Origin: Octopus bimaculoides
Taxonomy: Eukaryota
Direction: 5' to 3'
Length of the DNA stretch: 34,712 nucleotides
NCBI RefSeq assembly: GCF_001194135.2
Contig: NC_068998.1
Coordinates: 19,018,913-19,053,624 of the forward strand
Below, in pieces: positions 23,348 through 34,060 of the stretch; the stretch's first letter is position 1; every line of letters starts with the position of its first letter. The position numbers were made by a program, and so were the translations under genes. Under the pieces are notes generated by a model. That model was not told the origin of the DNA, did not search any database, and saw only the letters and a program-made list of their open reading frames with translations.

Positions 23348-25022
23348 CCTCAAATGTATTACCTCTCTTTAAATTTCTATGTTGGAAAATCCTGATTTAA
23401 ATGACGTCATAATAGGACAAATTTCACAAATTTTACGAAATGTCTTGTTTCATAAAATCATTGAACTAGCGTGTGGTGGGTGGAGAGAGAAATAAAAATT
23501 TGGAAGAATCGTCTGAGCGTCGGACAAAATGCCCTACGGTATTCTATTTGCACGTGTATGTGTTTTATGAGTTCAAATTCCGCCGAGGTCAACTTTACCT
23601 TTTAATTTACCAACTTCGGTAACAGAAACTATTATTTAAGTACAGTAGTTGATATAATCGATCATTTTCCGTCTTGCTTCAAACTTCTGACCTTATGTTT
23701 ATGTTAGAAATTGTTGAAGTTGCTCCGATTGATTTTATTAAAAAGCACTGTTGATACGATAAAATAGTGAGATATTTGAAACATGGTTACAATAGTGTAA
23801 ACTTAGTCTCCTGAAGATCATATTAGTATCTGGATTAAAGCCATATCTTATTTGATTCTATACTTGGAAAATTCTTCTATTTGTAGTGATTAAATTCTCC
23901 CATCGGCTGCCAAGTAAAGGTAAGAATATTATTGTTATTGTTTTTGTTGTTTTAGTGATAACACTACTAATGGTGGTGGCAATGGTGGTGGAAATGGTGG
24001 TGGCTGCTATTGTTGATTTTTTTTTTTTTCCTCAGTCATCAGACTAGTGAAATAGTAAATAAAATGTTTACTGATGACCTGCAAGCACAACATTAAAACT
24101 ACTGTCTCAAATAAAAGTGCATTGGGCATTGTAGTCCATAACACTCAAAAAGACAATATGATCACGATTAGAACGACTTTGATCAAGGGTCTGCTTGATC
24201 AAGTCTGATCTGGAGTTAAACGGCATCATATAATTTTGTCAGTCTCTAGGCTTTATAATTACACGTTCTAATAGCCCTCAACAAACGAATAGTTTTTGAC
24301 TTTGATGCCATTCGAGATCGAAATATAAAAAATTGAGAACTCCATAGGTTTTTTAATTTCTCCTTCATATTCCCTTACACTAAGTGATTTCTCGCCTTGT
24401 TTGGGACTTTCTAATAAAAAAAAAAAATGGAATCTCGTAATTTGAAAAATTTCGATCATCTAAAATTATCCAAGTAATTAGTAGATAAAAAACCCTTTTT
24501 GGTGTTGTTTAAAAAAGGACATCCAAATGGAATAATATACATACATACTCGTATGTGTGAGTGTATGATGTGTACGAGTGGTGTATATTGGAAAATTCCT
24601 GAATCAAAGATGGAGACCTAAATTAATAGAGGATCCTATACGAGTTAAGTAAAACTGTGGAGCAAACATTTTTCTTTTTAATTTACATTTAATATTTTAG
24701 ATGAACGGCTCTTCCAAGACAAAGTATTTCGTTTCTAAGGGGCTATATAGGAATTATCGAATACATGTCAATGAATTCTTTGAAACGTTTCACTTCTGAT
24801 TTTTTATTGTGTGTGTGTATGTGTGTGTGTATGTGTGTGTGTACGTGTGTGGACGAAAAGTATCTTACCATTAAATGTATATANNNNNNNNNNNNNNNNN
24901 NNNNNNNNNNNNNNNNNNNNNNNNNNNNNNNNNNNNNNNNNNNNNNNNNNNNNNNNNNNNNNNNNNNNNNNNNNNNNNNNNNNNNNNNNNNATATATGCA
25001 TGTGTGTGTATATATTTTGAAG

Positions 25023-25163
25023 GAGCTAGAATTTGGGAGAAATGCTTACGATACACGAAGTGCCTTGCTAGATTTACCTGCCGACATCAAAACTGCAATG
25101 ACAATAAATGTTCCTGTCTCCGAGGCTTCACGTTTTTCAAGAATCACAGAAAATGTATCAAAG
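25023..25163 (+). CDS. Coding exon 2: Cys-rich EGF/EB-like module (G)ARIWEKCLRYTKCLARFTCRHQNCNDNKCSCLRGFTFFKNHRKCIK
   Basis: Acceptor ttttgaag| and donor AAAG|gtaaaa. 141 nt, phase 1-1. Seven Cys with the CxC..G(F)......C ending typical of EGF-like/EB (PF01683-type) repeats. Confidence 0.8.
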
Positions 25164-25337
25164 GTAAAAGAAAAATCATTCAAAATATTTTTTAAAAAAA
25201 AGTTTATATCACAAGTTAAAGAAATATTGGTGTGACAGAAAATAAAATATGGCGAAATTTTGCTTATACTACACATGTCGTTTCTTTATGTCCTAAAGCG
25301 AAGTTAGCCATTGTATTCTTACATTCTTTTTCTGCAG

Positions 25338-25523
25338 GAGCTAGGCATTACGAGAACTGCAACCCTGAAAGGAATAGCCGATGCATAAGATTTCCATGGC
25401 CGAGGAAAGAACGTTCTTCGTATTATTGCCAATGTAACAGAACTGGTCGACAACAGACATCAGCAAATTTGCGACGCACTGATGGGATCATGGATAAATG
25501 TGTTCTGAGCGTTTTCAGCGTTA
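25338..25523 (+). CDS. Coding exon 3: second, divergent Cys module (G)ARHYENCNPERNSRCIRFPWPRKERSSYYCQCNRTGRQQTSANLRRTDGIMDKCVLSVFSV
   Basis: Strong acceptor ttctttttctgcag| and donor A|gtaagt. 186 nt, phase 1-1, open frame. Five Cys including CxC. Begins with the same GAGCTAG (G-A-R) as exon 2. Confidence 0.75.
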
Positions 25524-25621
25524 GTAAGTTTAAATGTTTACTATTACTACTACTACTACTACTACTACTATTGCTGCTGCTGCCGCCGCCGCCGCCTTCC
25601 CTAATGCGTTTTTATTACTAC

Positions 25622-25850
25622 CATCATCAAGTAATTGGTTTCAAATTTCGGCACAAGGCCAGCAAGTTTGGGGCAGGGGGAAAGTTGATAACATCAACCA
25701 CAGTGTTCATCTCGTACTTACTTTATCGACCCCCGAAAGGGATGAAAGGCAAAATCGACCTCTTGGAATTTGAACTCAGAACGTAAAGATGGACGAAATG
25801 CTTAGCAGCATTTCGTCTGGTGTGGTAACGATTCTGCCAACTCGCCTCCT
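25622..25850 (-). mobile_element. tRNA-headed SINE family B (other minus copies at about 9015-9110, 9925-10055, 12485-12602)
   Basis: Motif atcgaccccgaaaggatgaaaggcaaa.tcgacctc..ggaatttgaactcagaacgtaaag. The reverse complement has A-box-like and B-box-like (gagttcaaattcc) elements. Confidence 0.85.
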
Positions 25851-26344
25851 GACCATCATCAAGTAATTGGACAGCAAAAATAGCAGCTCACCGGACAAAA
25901 TATCATATCGGTATTAAGTTGCACCTCTTGACGCTAAAAGTTCAAATCCCATCGCGGATAACTTTGTTTTTCGCTTCTGCATCTTTTTTTTTTTTCCGAG
26001 ATCGAAACCAATAAAGAAAAATATAGTCAATACTCGACTACATCCATCCCCCAAAATGAATGGTGTTATGTTATGTTAGATACCATTACTAGAATTATCA
26101 CAATCAGAGCAGAATGGCAGAGATAGTAGAGCACCGAACAATATCTCTAGCAGTACTTGCTTACGACACCTTACGTCCTTAGTCCGAATCCTACCGTCAA
26201 GAGACCTGCTGGTCTTTCAAATCAGCGAGTGTCAACAACTTTAGTACCATTTACATATTGGGTTTGGCGGAGTTGTGTGGGTCCTGCTCCATGATTTGTG
26301 GTACTGCATCTACGACAATTATCATTATCATTACTGTTATCATA

Positions 26345-26550
26345 ATTGTGAAGGCGCATGACTCAGTGTTTAAAGCGTCGGGCTCACAATCATTTCGTCC
26401 GTCTTTATGTTCTGAGTTCAAATCCCGCCGAGGTCAACTTTGCCTTTCATCATTTTGAGGTCGACAAAATAATTACCAATTGAGTACTGGGACCTATGTA
26501 ATCGACTATGTCCCTCTCCAAATTTTAAGTCTTGTGCCTATAGTAGAAAA

Positions 26551-26610
<60 letters not shown>

Positions 26611-27060
26611 GGCGGTGAGCTGACAGAATAGTTACCGCATCTGAGAAAATGCTTAGCAACATTTCTTTCAGATTTTTACGTTTTGTGTTCAAATACCGCC
26701 GAGATCAACTTTGCCTTTCATCCTTTTGGGGTCGATAAAATAAAGTACCAGTCAAGTATATGTGTCCCTCATTATTCCTCAACGAGCTAATGATATTGTC
26801 TTGTAGAAATTTTAAGCCATCAGAGTTTATCTTCGAATCTCTCTTCATAATTAACACTGCACAGTTACTTATTCCAAACTGCATTGTAGTATCCCATTGT
26901 TATTAGGCAGAGAAAGTACAGACACGTAAACAGTCCGAACTAAATGGCTGACAACATTTAGTTACATCCCATTACGTTCTGATATCAAATATCATCGAGG
27001 TTGACTTTACCTCTCATCATTTCAGATTCGATAAAATATATTGCTAGCTATGTACTTGGT
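26345..27060 (+). mobile_element. Three tandem SINE family B copies (about 26345-26550, 26608-26765, 26905-27060)
   Basis: Repeated gttctgagttcaaat.ccgccgaggtcaactttgcctttcatc...gtcga.aaaata..tacca, separated by (ATT)n. Confidence 0.8.
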
Positions 27061-27137
27061 TGATTAAATTGATTACATCCTTACTCCCAACAGTTGTGGT
27101 CTCCTGCTAATGTAAAAACATCATTATTACATTTCAG

Positions 27138-28484
27138 CTCAGCGTAACGAAAGCATTCCAGGGTCTTCTACAAAGAAACTAACATCAAAAGAAAGTATCA
27201 AAACTCCAAAACCCAGGAAGAAATCTTCACGCCCTTTCACCTCAAAAGAGTTTACATCAACGAGAAATGGACACAACTGGTCAAATCTTTCTTCGACACA
27301 AAACAACACTCATGTAACGCTTCGGATAAGAAGAATAAAAAGAGCAGCAACAATGGTAACCGCATCAAGAAACGCAGCCACGGCGCCAAATGCAAGAGTA
27401 TCAAATACAACAGCGTCAGGATCAACAACAACGGCATCAAATACAACAACAGCATCAAATATAACAACAGCATCGCATACAACAGCGTCAGGAACTACAG
27501 CAACAACATTACCAAAAACCACTGCACCAATAACGACAATCAATATGAAATCACTTATTTCACTTCTTGCAAACAATATGGTTACCGAACAATACAATAA
27601 CGAAACCATCTCAGATAACATATATGATTCGCCAAAGCATAATGAAACGATTACTTTTGAAACTAGTCAGGATAATGGAACGATCAGTTTTGCAACTGGT
27701 CAGGAAAATGTAAAATCTACACCGGAAACAACATTGGCATCCAGCACTTTCACTTCAGCATCAGATTTATCAACAGCAAAAGATACTGGTGATGTGTTTC
27801 GCACAGTATCCGTATCAGCTGAACAGAATTGGAAAACACACAGGCCTCATCTGCTACCGGTAATAGTGACAGAAACTTTAACATCAGAGAATCTAATTAA
27901 TACGACTTCGCGTTGGACTGTATCAAAGGATTTACCCATAAATAATAGTTCGAGTGAAGTTATATCAAGTGCACTTCCAAGGAATATCACAAAGAATTCT
28001 TTGCATGAAACAAAATCCGCTGACGTATTTATTACATCATCCACTCCCGTAGACTCAGTCATAACATCACAAGCTACAGCTCTCAACATAACCTGGACAG
28101 CCCAACCTTCCAGATTACCATTGGCCATAGAGACAGAAGCTGCAACGCCAGAGAATTTAATCGATACGACTTTAAATGAAGCTTTATCAAAGGATTTACT
28201 CCGAAATAATTCGTCAATAAGAGATACATCAAATACTTCATTGGGAAATGTTAGTGAGACCTTTACACAAACAATAACCACAACATTGAATCAGTTCCAC
28301 GATAAAGTACAAGCTGAAAGTAGTTCCACTACGACAAAATATTTATTCAGAAATATTCCTACTCGCACTGAACCTCCGATGGTTTCTATACATAGAACAA
28401 CCAACGATATAAACAATATTAGTAGTACACTTGCACCAACTCGTAACTTTTTCTTGAAGTATGCTGGCAAGGCAGCCATACCAG
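27138..28484 (+). CDS. Coding exon 4: basic linker, RIRRIKR site and Ser/Thr-rich mucin stalk
   Basis: Acceptor attacatttcag|. The frame is open from 27140 and in frame with ORF 27353..28489. Donor CCAG|gttagt. 1347 nt, phase 1-1. Thr/Ser-rich, no Cys, many N-x-S/T sequons. Confidence 0.9.
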
Positions 28485-28604
28485 GTTAGTCCATTGTTAT
28501 TTGCATTTCTAAAATTAAACAAAGTTAGAAAACAACAGATTCCTGATCCCCCTCTTATCCTAAGATACGTTCTGCTTTAATCTTATTATTATTTCAACAC
28601 TATA

Positions 28605-29235
28605 AAGTGGAAAGCTTGCAGAATCATTAACGCGTCGAACAAATTGCCTAGCAGCATTTCTTCCGTATTAACGTTCTGAATTTAAATGCTGCTGAGGTCA
28701 ACTTTGCCTTTCATCCTTTCAGGGTTTATAAAAATAAAGTACCAGTCAAGTACTGGAGTCGATATAATTAACTTACCCCTTCCCCCAGAAATTGCTAGCC
28801 TTGTGCCAAAATTAGAAAGAATTGGTAGTAGATTGGTAGAGCGTTGGGTAAAAAGCTTTTCAGCATTTAATAACAGATCTTTACGTTCTGAGTTCACATC
28901 TTTCTAAGATCAACTTTGCCTTCTGTTTTTCCATGGTTGATAAAATAAAGTTCCAGTCATAAAATGTATGGCCTAGGTCCGGTGTAAGAAAGTATTGATA
29001 TTGTAAGAAGCCGTTATTAAAGTTAAATAATATTAGGCGGCAAGCTAGCAGAATCGTTAGCCACGCTGGACGAAGTACATAGCGGTATTTCGTCCGTCTT
29101 CACTTTCGGGGTCAATAAAATAAGTATTAGTTGAGCATTGGGGGGGGGGGGTCAATGTAATCGACTTACCCCCTCCCCTGAAATTACTTGTGCCAAAATT
29201 TGAAACCACTATTAAAGTTAAATAATATTAGGCGG
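28605..29235 (+). mobile_element. Three SINE family B copies (about 28605-28830, 28840-28950, 29034-29235)
   Basis: Same head and core motifs as above, immediately downstream of mucin exon 4. Confidence 0.8.
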
Positions 29236-29245
29236 NNNNNNNNNN

Positions 29246-29301
<56 letters not shown>

Positions 29302-30709
29302 CATGTAATTTTACTGACTGTTCTTCTTATCTTTCTAAAATATTTCACAATTCAAAGTTTTGAATTATTGGCCTTTTCAAGTTTTCAGCATTTATAACTG
29401 AAACCCTTATACATACATACATACACACACGCGCATACATACATACATACATACATACATACATACATACATACATGCGCTCGTGCGAATATCGTCGAAG
29501 TGTGCCGTAATCCATTTCAGCTGATCTTATCAATCGGTTTCGTACTGGCTATTAAATAACCGGATATTGTTATATAACAGCACCACGTGCTCTTCAGATA
29601 CCGATTGGTAAGATAGGCTGAAGTGGATCTATAATACTACATATTTTGATTAATATACCCATTCTATTGACAAATACATGCAAAAGCATATTTTTTCTAA
29701 CTTGTGGATTCTTAGACAAGAAGTAAAAATGGATTAAAAAATCCTGGCAGTGTTAAACGAATTTGGCTGACTATATCCAACAATCAGATAAATACAAGTA
29801 GAACAAATTACTCTGGGTAATTCCTAATGTATGACAAATAAATCCAAGTGTTTAGCATATTTGAGAGATAACTAATTATTGTGACGCATAATTTCTGTTT
29901 CTAATTGTCGTGACGTAGAATTCATATTTTTTTTTTTCTTCTTTCGTTATCAACTGACGTCATCAAAAGTTAAATACTAAACTGGTTTTTCTTAAAACAC
30001 TATATATTTTCTTGACGTTCTTCTTATCTGCGTTCGTCTAAGAGAGATATTTTCTTAGTTCACTTTGAAGTTAACCAATTTTGGATTGCCTTGGTAACGT
30101 TGTTAACATATTTTTCGGATATATTAATTTGACTGATATTTTCTGTATCTAAATATGCTGGCACAATTGCAACGTTCGTCGGTATTGTATGGTGTAATCA
30201 CCAATTAAAGNNNNNNNNNNNNNNNNNNNNNNNNNNNNNNNNNNNNNNNNNNNNNNNNNNNNNNNNNNNNNNNNNNNNNNNNNNNNNNNNNNNNNNNNNN
30301 NNNNNNNNNNNNNNNNNNTATATATATATATATATATGCACACGCGCGCGCTCACTCGCAAAAGTTTTTTTTATTCTCTGTTGAAACTCAACCCTGCCTC
30401 ACTTAAAGATAATGCTTTTCAAAAAGCTATTTAGCGAATCGTTTCGAATTTTCATCCAATTCAAAAGTTTTGGGGGGGAAAAAAACTGTTACTGCTCAGT
30501 CATTTGTGACTAGATTGATATATGCTTTAGCTGTTTGACAACCCAAAAGTTTTGGCACCATCTCTTTTACTCCTAGCACTCCCTCTTCAGCATCCACTTT
30601 AATCTTATCGCCATCTTGGGATAATTCTACCACTCTACGATCGGGAGCATTACTTACCCCTTTAGAAATCATTATTCTAATCTAACAACTGTCTTTCTGT
30701 TGTCTTCAG

Positions 30710-30797
30710 CTGCCATCATTGTATCGGTTGTGGTTGTTTGTCTTCTGGCTGCCATTCTCATCATTGTTGGGATCGTTTTTTATCGTAAACAACAAAG
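30710..30797 (+). CDS. Coding exon 5: transmembrane helix (A)AIIVSVVVVCLLAAILIIVGIVFY followed by RKQQR stop-transfer
   Basis: Strong acceptor tctttctgttgtcttcag| and donor AAAG|gtaaga. Phase 1 in, phase 2 out. About 24 hydrophobic residues followed by basic residues. Confidence 0.9.
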
Positions 30798-31854
30798 GTA
30801 AGATTTGAAACAATACTTTCTTTCTCAGATATAAAGTTTTGTACTGGATGGTTGAGGAATTGATTGCTAAGCGTTAATACATTTGATAGTTCATATTACA
30901 TAATTTTAGAGAGATTAAGAAGCAATGTTAATCGCAGTGATATTTAAACACAGAAACTCGTAACTGTCTATCATTCAGTTAACATGGATTAACATTTAGT
31001 GTCATAAGAAAGTGAAAGTAAATTGCGTCGGAAGTGACAATAGTGAAATCTCATAATTTCAAAAACACAGGCACCTCATTACATAGTATCTGCTGATGAT
31101 AACGTGAGCATTTCTGAAATAGCAGTTGAGATACACCGCTGCAGCGTAGACTATCCAACAACACCAATGAAAATCCACAGAAACGCGTTTGATATCCGAT
31201 AGGTGGGCTTCCTGTGTTAGTTTAGGTGTCGTATATAGCTGTGAAATTGTGAGCCATTCTTTAAATTTTGTTGATCCAACGATAAGAACATCCATACACA
31301 GACTATGGAAGAGCGATGAATGCTCGGCAAGAAAAAGCTCATGTGTCAATGCTAAACGAGAGCTGTTATATTTACGTCGTATTTATGTTAACAAACGTGG
31401 TGAAATACAAGGTGCATTCCAGAGGTTTTGTGACTTTTTCAGGAAAGACCTTAATAAATTTCAAAGATGTACAAAATTCTAATCTCCTTCAAAGTAGGAT
31501 TTTCTTATTTTAATGCATAGAGTACTCTTTGTTGACCATCTGAGCAGAGGGAATCCAGTGGATGTAGATGATACACTTGCTGTCCGAAAAGGAGGTGGGG
31601 ATCATCATGAGCTTCCCAGTTGACTTGCTTTGCCTGAACTCTTGTATATATATATANNNNNNNNNNNNNNNNNNNNNNNNNNNNNNNNNNNNNNNNNNNN
31701 NNNNNNNNNNNNNNNNNNNNNNNNNNNNNNNNNNNNNNNNNNNNNNNNNNNNNNNNNNNNNNNNNNNNNNNNNNNNNNNNNNNNNNNNNNNNNNNNNNNN
31801 NNNNNNNNNNNNNNNNNNNNNNNNNNNNNNNNNNNNNNNNNNNNNNNNNNNNNN

Positions 31855-32176
31855 ATATACAATATATAATATAATATACAATATATAATATAAAATAAAA
31901 TAAAATAAAAATGGATGGCACCATGAAAGAAAGTATTGAATGTAGATGAAATATTGAGTGTTCAATATAAACGATCAAATATATAAATATAAAGATAAAT
32001 ATGAAACTCGAGTCGTCTTTATATATTTATATTTATATTTATATTTATATATTTGATCCTTTATATTGAACACTCAATATTTCATCTACATTCAATACTT
32101 TCTTTCATGGTGCCATCCATTTTTTTTTTATTTTATTTTATATTATATATTGTATATTATATTATATATTGTATAT
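31855..32176. repeat. Long near-perfect palindrome (~150-bp arms, ~20-nt loop) abutting an N gap
   Basis: Positions i and 64031-i are complementary with about four mismatches, e.g. 31911-31920 vs 32111-32120. Confidence 0.9.
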
Positions 32177-32224
32177 TCCATATTCTATACCCCACATTAG
32201 TTCTGCAGGAATATAAATAAAACG

Positions 32225-32530
32225 GAAGGATCTTTCGAAGTAACGTTATTCAACAGGGTGCGTAGCTCGGAGATCAGGGAGTCTCTCCAGGTTGAGCCAC
32301 TACTTCTCTTCATTGAGAGGTTGCAGCTCCGGTGCTACGAACATGTGATTAGAATGTCGCAAGACGGATTCTTCAAACAGAGCCAACCAGCAAGAGACCC
32401 AGGATTAGATCAAGAACGAGATGGTTGAGAATCCGACCGGAAAGTGTAATGACGGTTGCTTCTGATAGGACCCTATGGAAGGGGCGCCTGAGGACGGAGA
32501 CTCTACTCCCACGACCCTCTCAGGAATAGT
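32225..32530 (+). mobile_element. Degraded RTE-type LINE 3' fragment
   Basis: NRVRSSEIRESLQVEPLLLFIERLQLRCYEHVIRM matches the RTE 'D.V.N.EIR...L..I...QLRW.GHV.RM' pattern. Confidence 0.75.
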
Positions 32531-32571
32531 AAGCAGAGAAGTTATTGACTAGTGCTTTAAATAAACAATTA

Positions 32572-32722
32572 GGCGCAGGCGTGGCTATGAGGTAAGAAGT
32601 TTGCTTCCCAACTATGTTTCTGGGTTCAGTCTTACTGCGTGGCACCTTGGGCAAGTGTCTTCTACTATAGCCTCGGGCCCTGTCTGTGAATTTGTTAGAC
32701 GGAAACTGAAAAAAGCTCGTCG

Positions 32723-32804
<82 letters not shown>

Positions 32805-33090
32805 TGTGCGTGTGTGTGTGCGCGCGTGTGCGTGTGTGTGTGTGTTCAGTATGTATGTGAGTATGTATGTATGTATGTATGTTTTTGTGTCTATGTGTGT
32901 CCCCCACCACCGCTTGACAACCAGTGGTGGTGTGTTCACGCTCCCGTAACTTAGCGCTTCGACATAAGAAACCGATAGAATAAGTAGTACTAGGCTTAAA
33001 AATAAGTTCCGGGATCGATTTGCTCGACTAAAACCTTTCAAGGCTGTGCCCCAGCATAGCCGTAGTCTAATTATTGAAACAAGTAAAAAA
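32572..33090 (+). mobile_element. SINE family A, full length
   Basis: Head ggcgcaggcgtggctatgaggtaag...gggttcagtc, core gcaccttgggcaagtgtctt, long internal (TG)n, 3' end gaaacaagtaaaa. Confidence 0.85.
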
Positions 33091-33522
33091 ATAAAGAAAA
33101 TATAAAAGGATTATTCCTAATGAAAACGGAGTCTTTGATTCTTGATTTCAATTCACATAAGTTATTTGTTGTTATTTATAAATCAAGTGCGAAATCGAGC
33201 AAATAATGTTGATGTTTCTATGCGTGCGTTTGTGCGTGCGTACGTGCGTGCGTGTGTGTGCGCGTGTGTGTGTACGTGTGTGTGTGTATGTGTGTGTGTG
33301 TGTGTGTAATCACTGTATCATTGTATCGACCAACCTGTCGGATGTTGTTATACACCATTGATCACAATGCACTTCCACACATTGTTGTAGCTTTCGAATA
33401 ATGCCACACTGCTAGCTAGGCGGGCAGGCCAATCCTCCACCTCCCTGAACGGAAAGCAGTCCATTACAGTTTTATCTATTTACAGATGAATTAACTCATA
33501 TTTGTATTCATATTTCTTTCAG

Positions 33523-33685
33523 GAATCGCTTGTCATTAAGAACCAACGTTAATGAAGCTTCTCAAAAGACTTTACGATCCAGGTCAAATAATACGACTGA
33601 AAATGTAGAGAACAGCAATAAGATTGAACAGTCCCATCATTTCATTAATGAAGCTTTTAACGATGATCAGCAGTTATCAACTTAA
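33523..33685 (+). CDS. Coding exon 6: cytoplasmic tail RNRLSLRTNVNEASQKTLRSRSNNTTENVENSNKIEQSHHFINEAFNDDQQLST*
   Basis: Acceptor catatttctttcag|. Phase 2 matches exon 5. Open to TAA at 33683-33685. Summed CDS is 2013 nt, divisible by 3. Confidence 0.8.
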
Positions 33686-34022
33686 TCACGAAGGAATCAC
33701 CTCTGTCTTGTGTTGAACGATAAGCAGTAGGTTAGCTCCAGGTGAATCAAATCTGCGACATGATTTCGACTTTCTGTTGAAGCTATTTCACGTCATTTGC
33801 TCCTCTGTTAGCCATGGAAAAGGCATGATCACCACTATGTCCCATTGTTCCTAACCATAAAAATGTCAATAATTTTAAGTGGGTCCTTGTGTTTTTGCTT
33901 TTTTTGCTTTTGTTTTATGCCGTTTTTTTTTCAGTTTATTGTTGTAATTGTTAAAAACCTGCACTTTTTACCGAACAAATTTTACCAATATCAGATAATC
34001 TCCTGTCACTGCTGTTGTAGTA

Positions 34023-34060
34023 AATAAACAGTTCTGTAAGATATCTTCTATATTAATAAA
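34023..34060 (+). promoter_or_regulatory. Candidate polyadenylation signals of the mucin-like gene
   Basis: AATAAA at 34023-34028 and 34055-34060, about 340-370 nt after the stop. The motif is common in AT-rich DNA. Confidence 0.35.

Noticed and set aside
27252-28479. Minus-strand ORFs 27252-27482, 27310-27621, 27847-28281 and 28291-28479
   Set aside because: They are antisense shadows of the ACA/TCA/GCA-rich mucin exon.
25622-29235. Regularly recurring similar sequences as a CRISPR-like array
   Set aside because: They are irregularly spaced, diverged copies of a eukaryotic SINE. There are no constant repeat/spacer lengths and no cas genes.
33674-33685. PDZ-binding motif at the mucin C-terminus (QLST)
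   Set aside because: The terminal residue is not hydrophobic, so it does not fit class I or II consensus.
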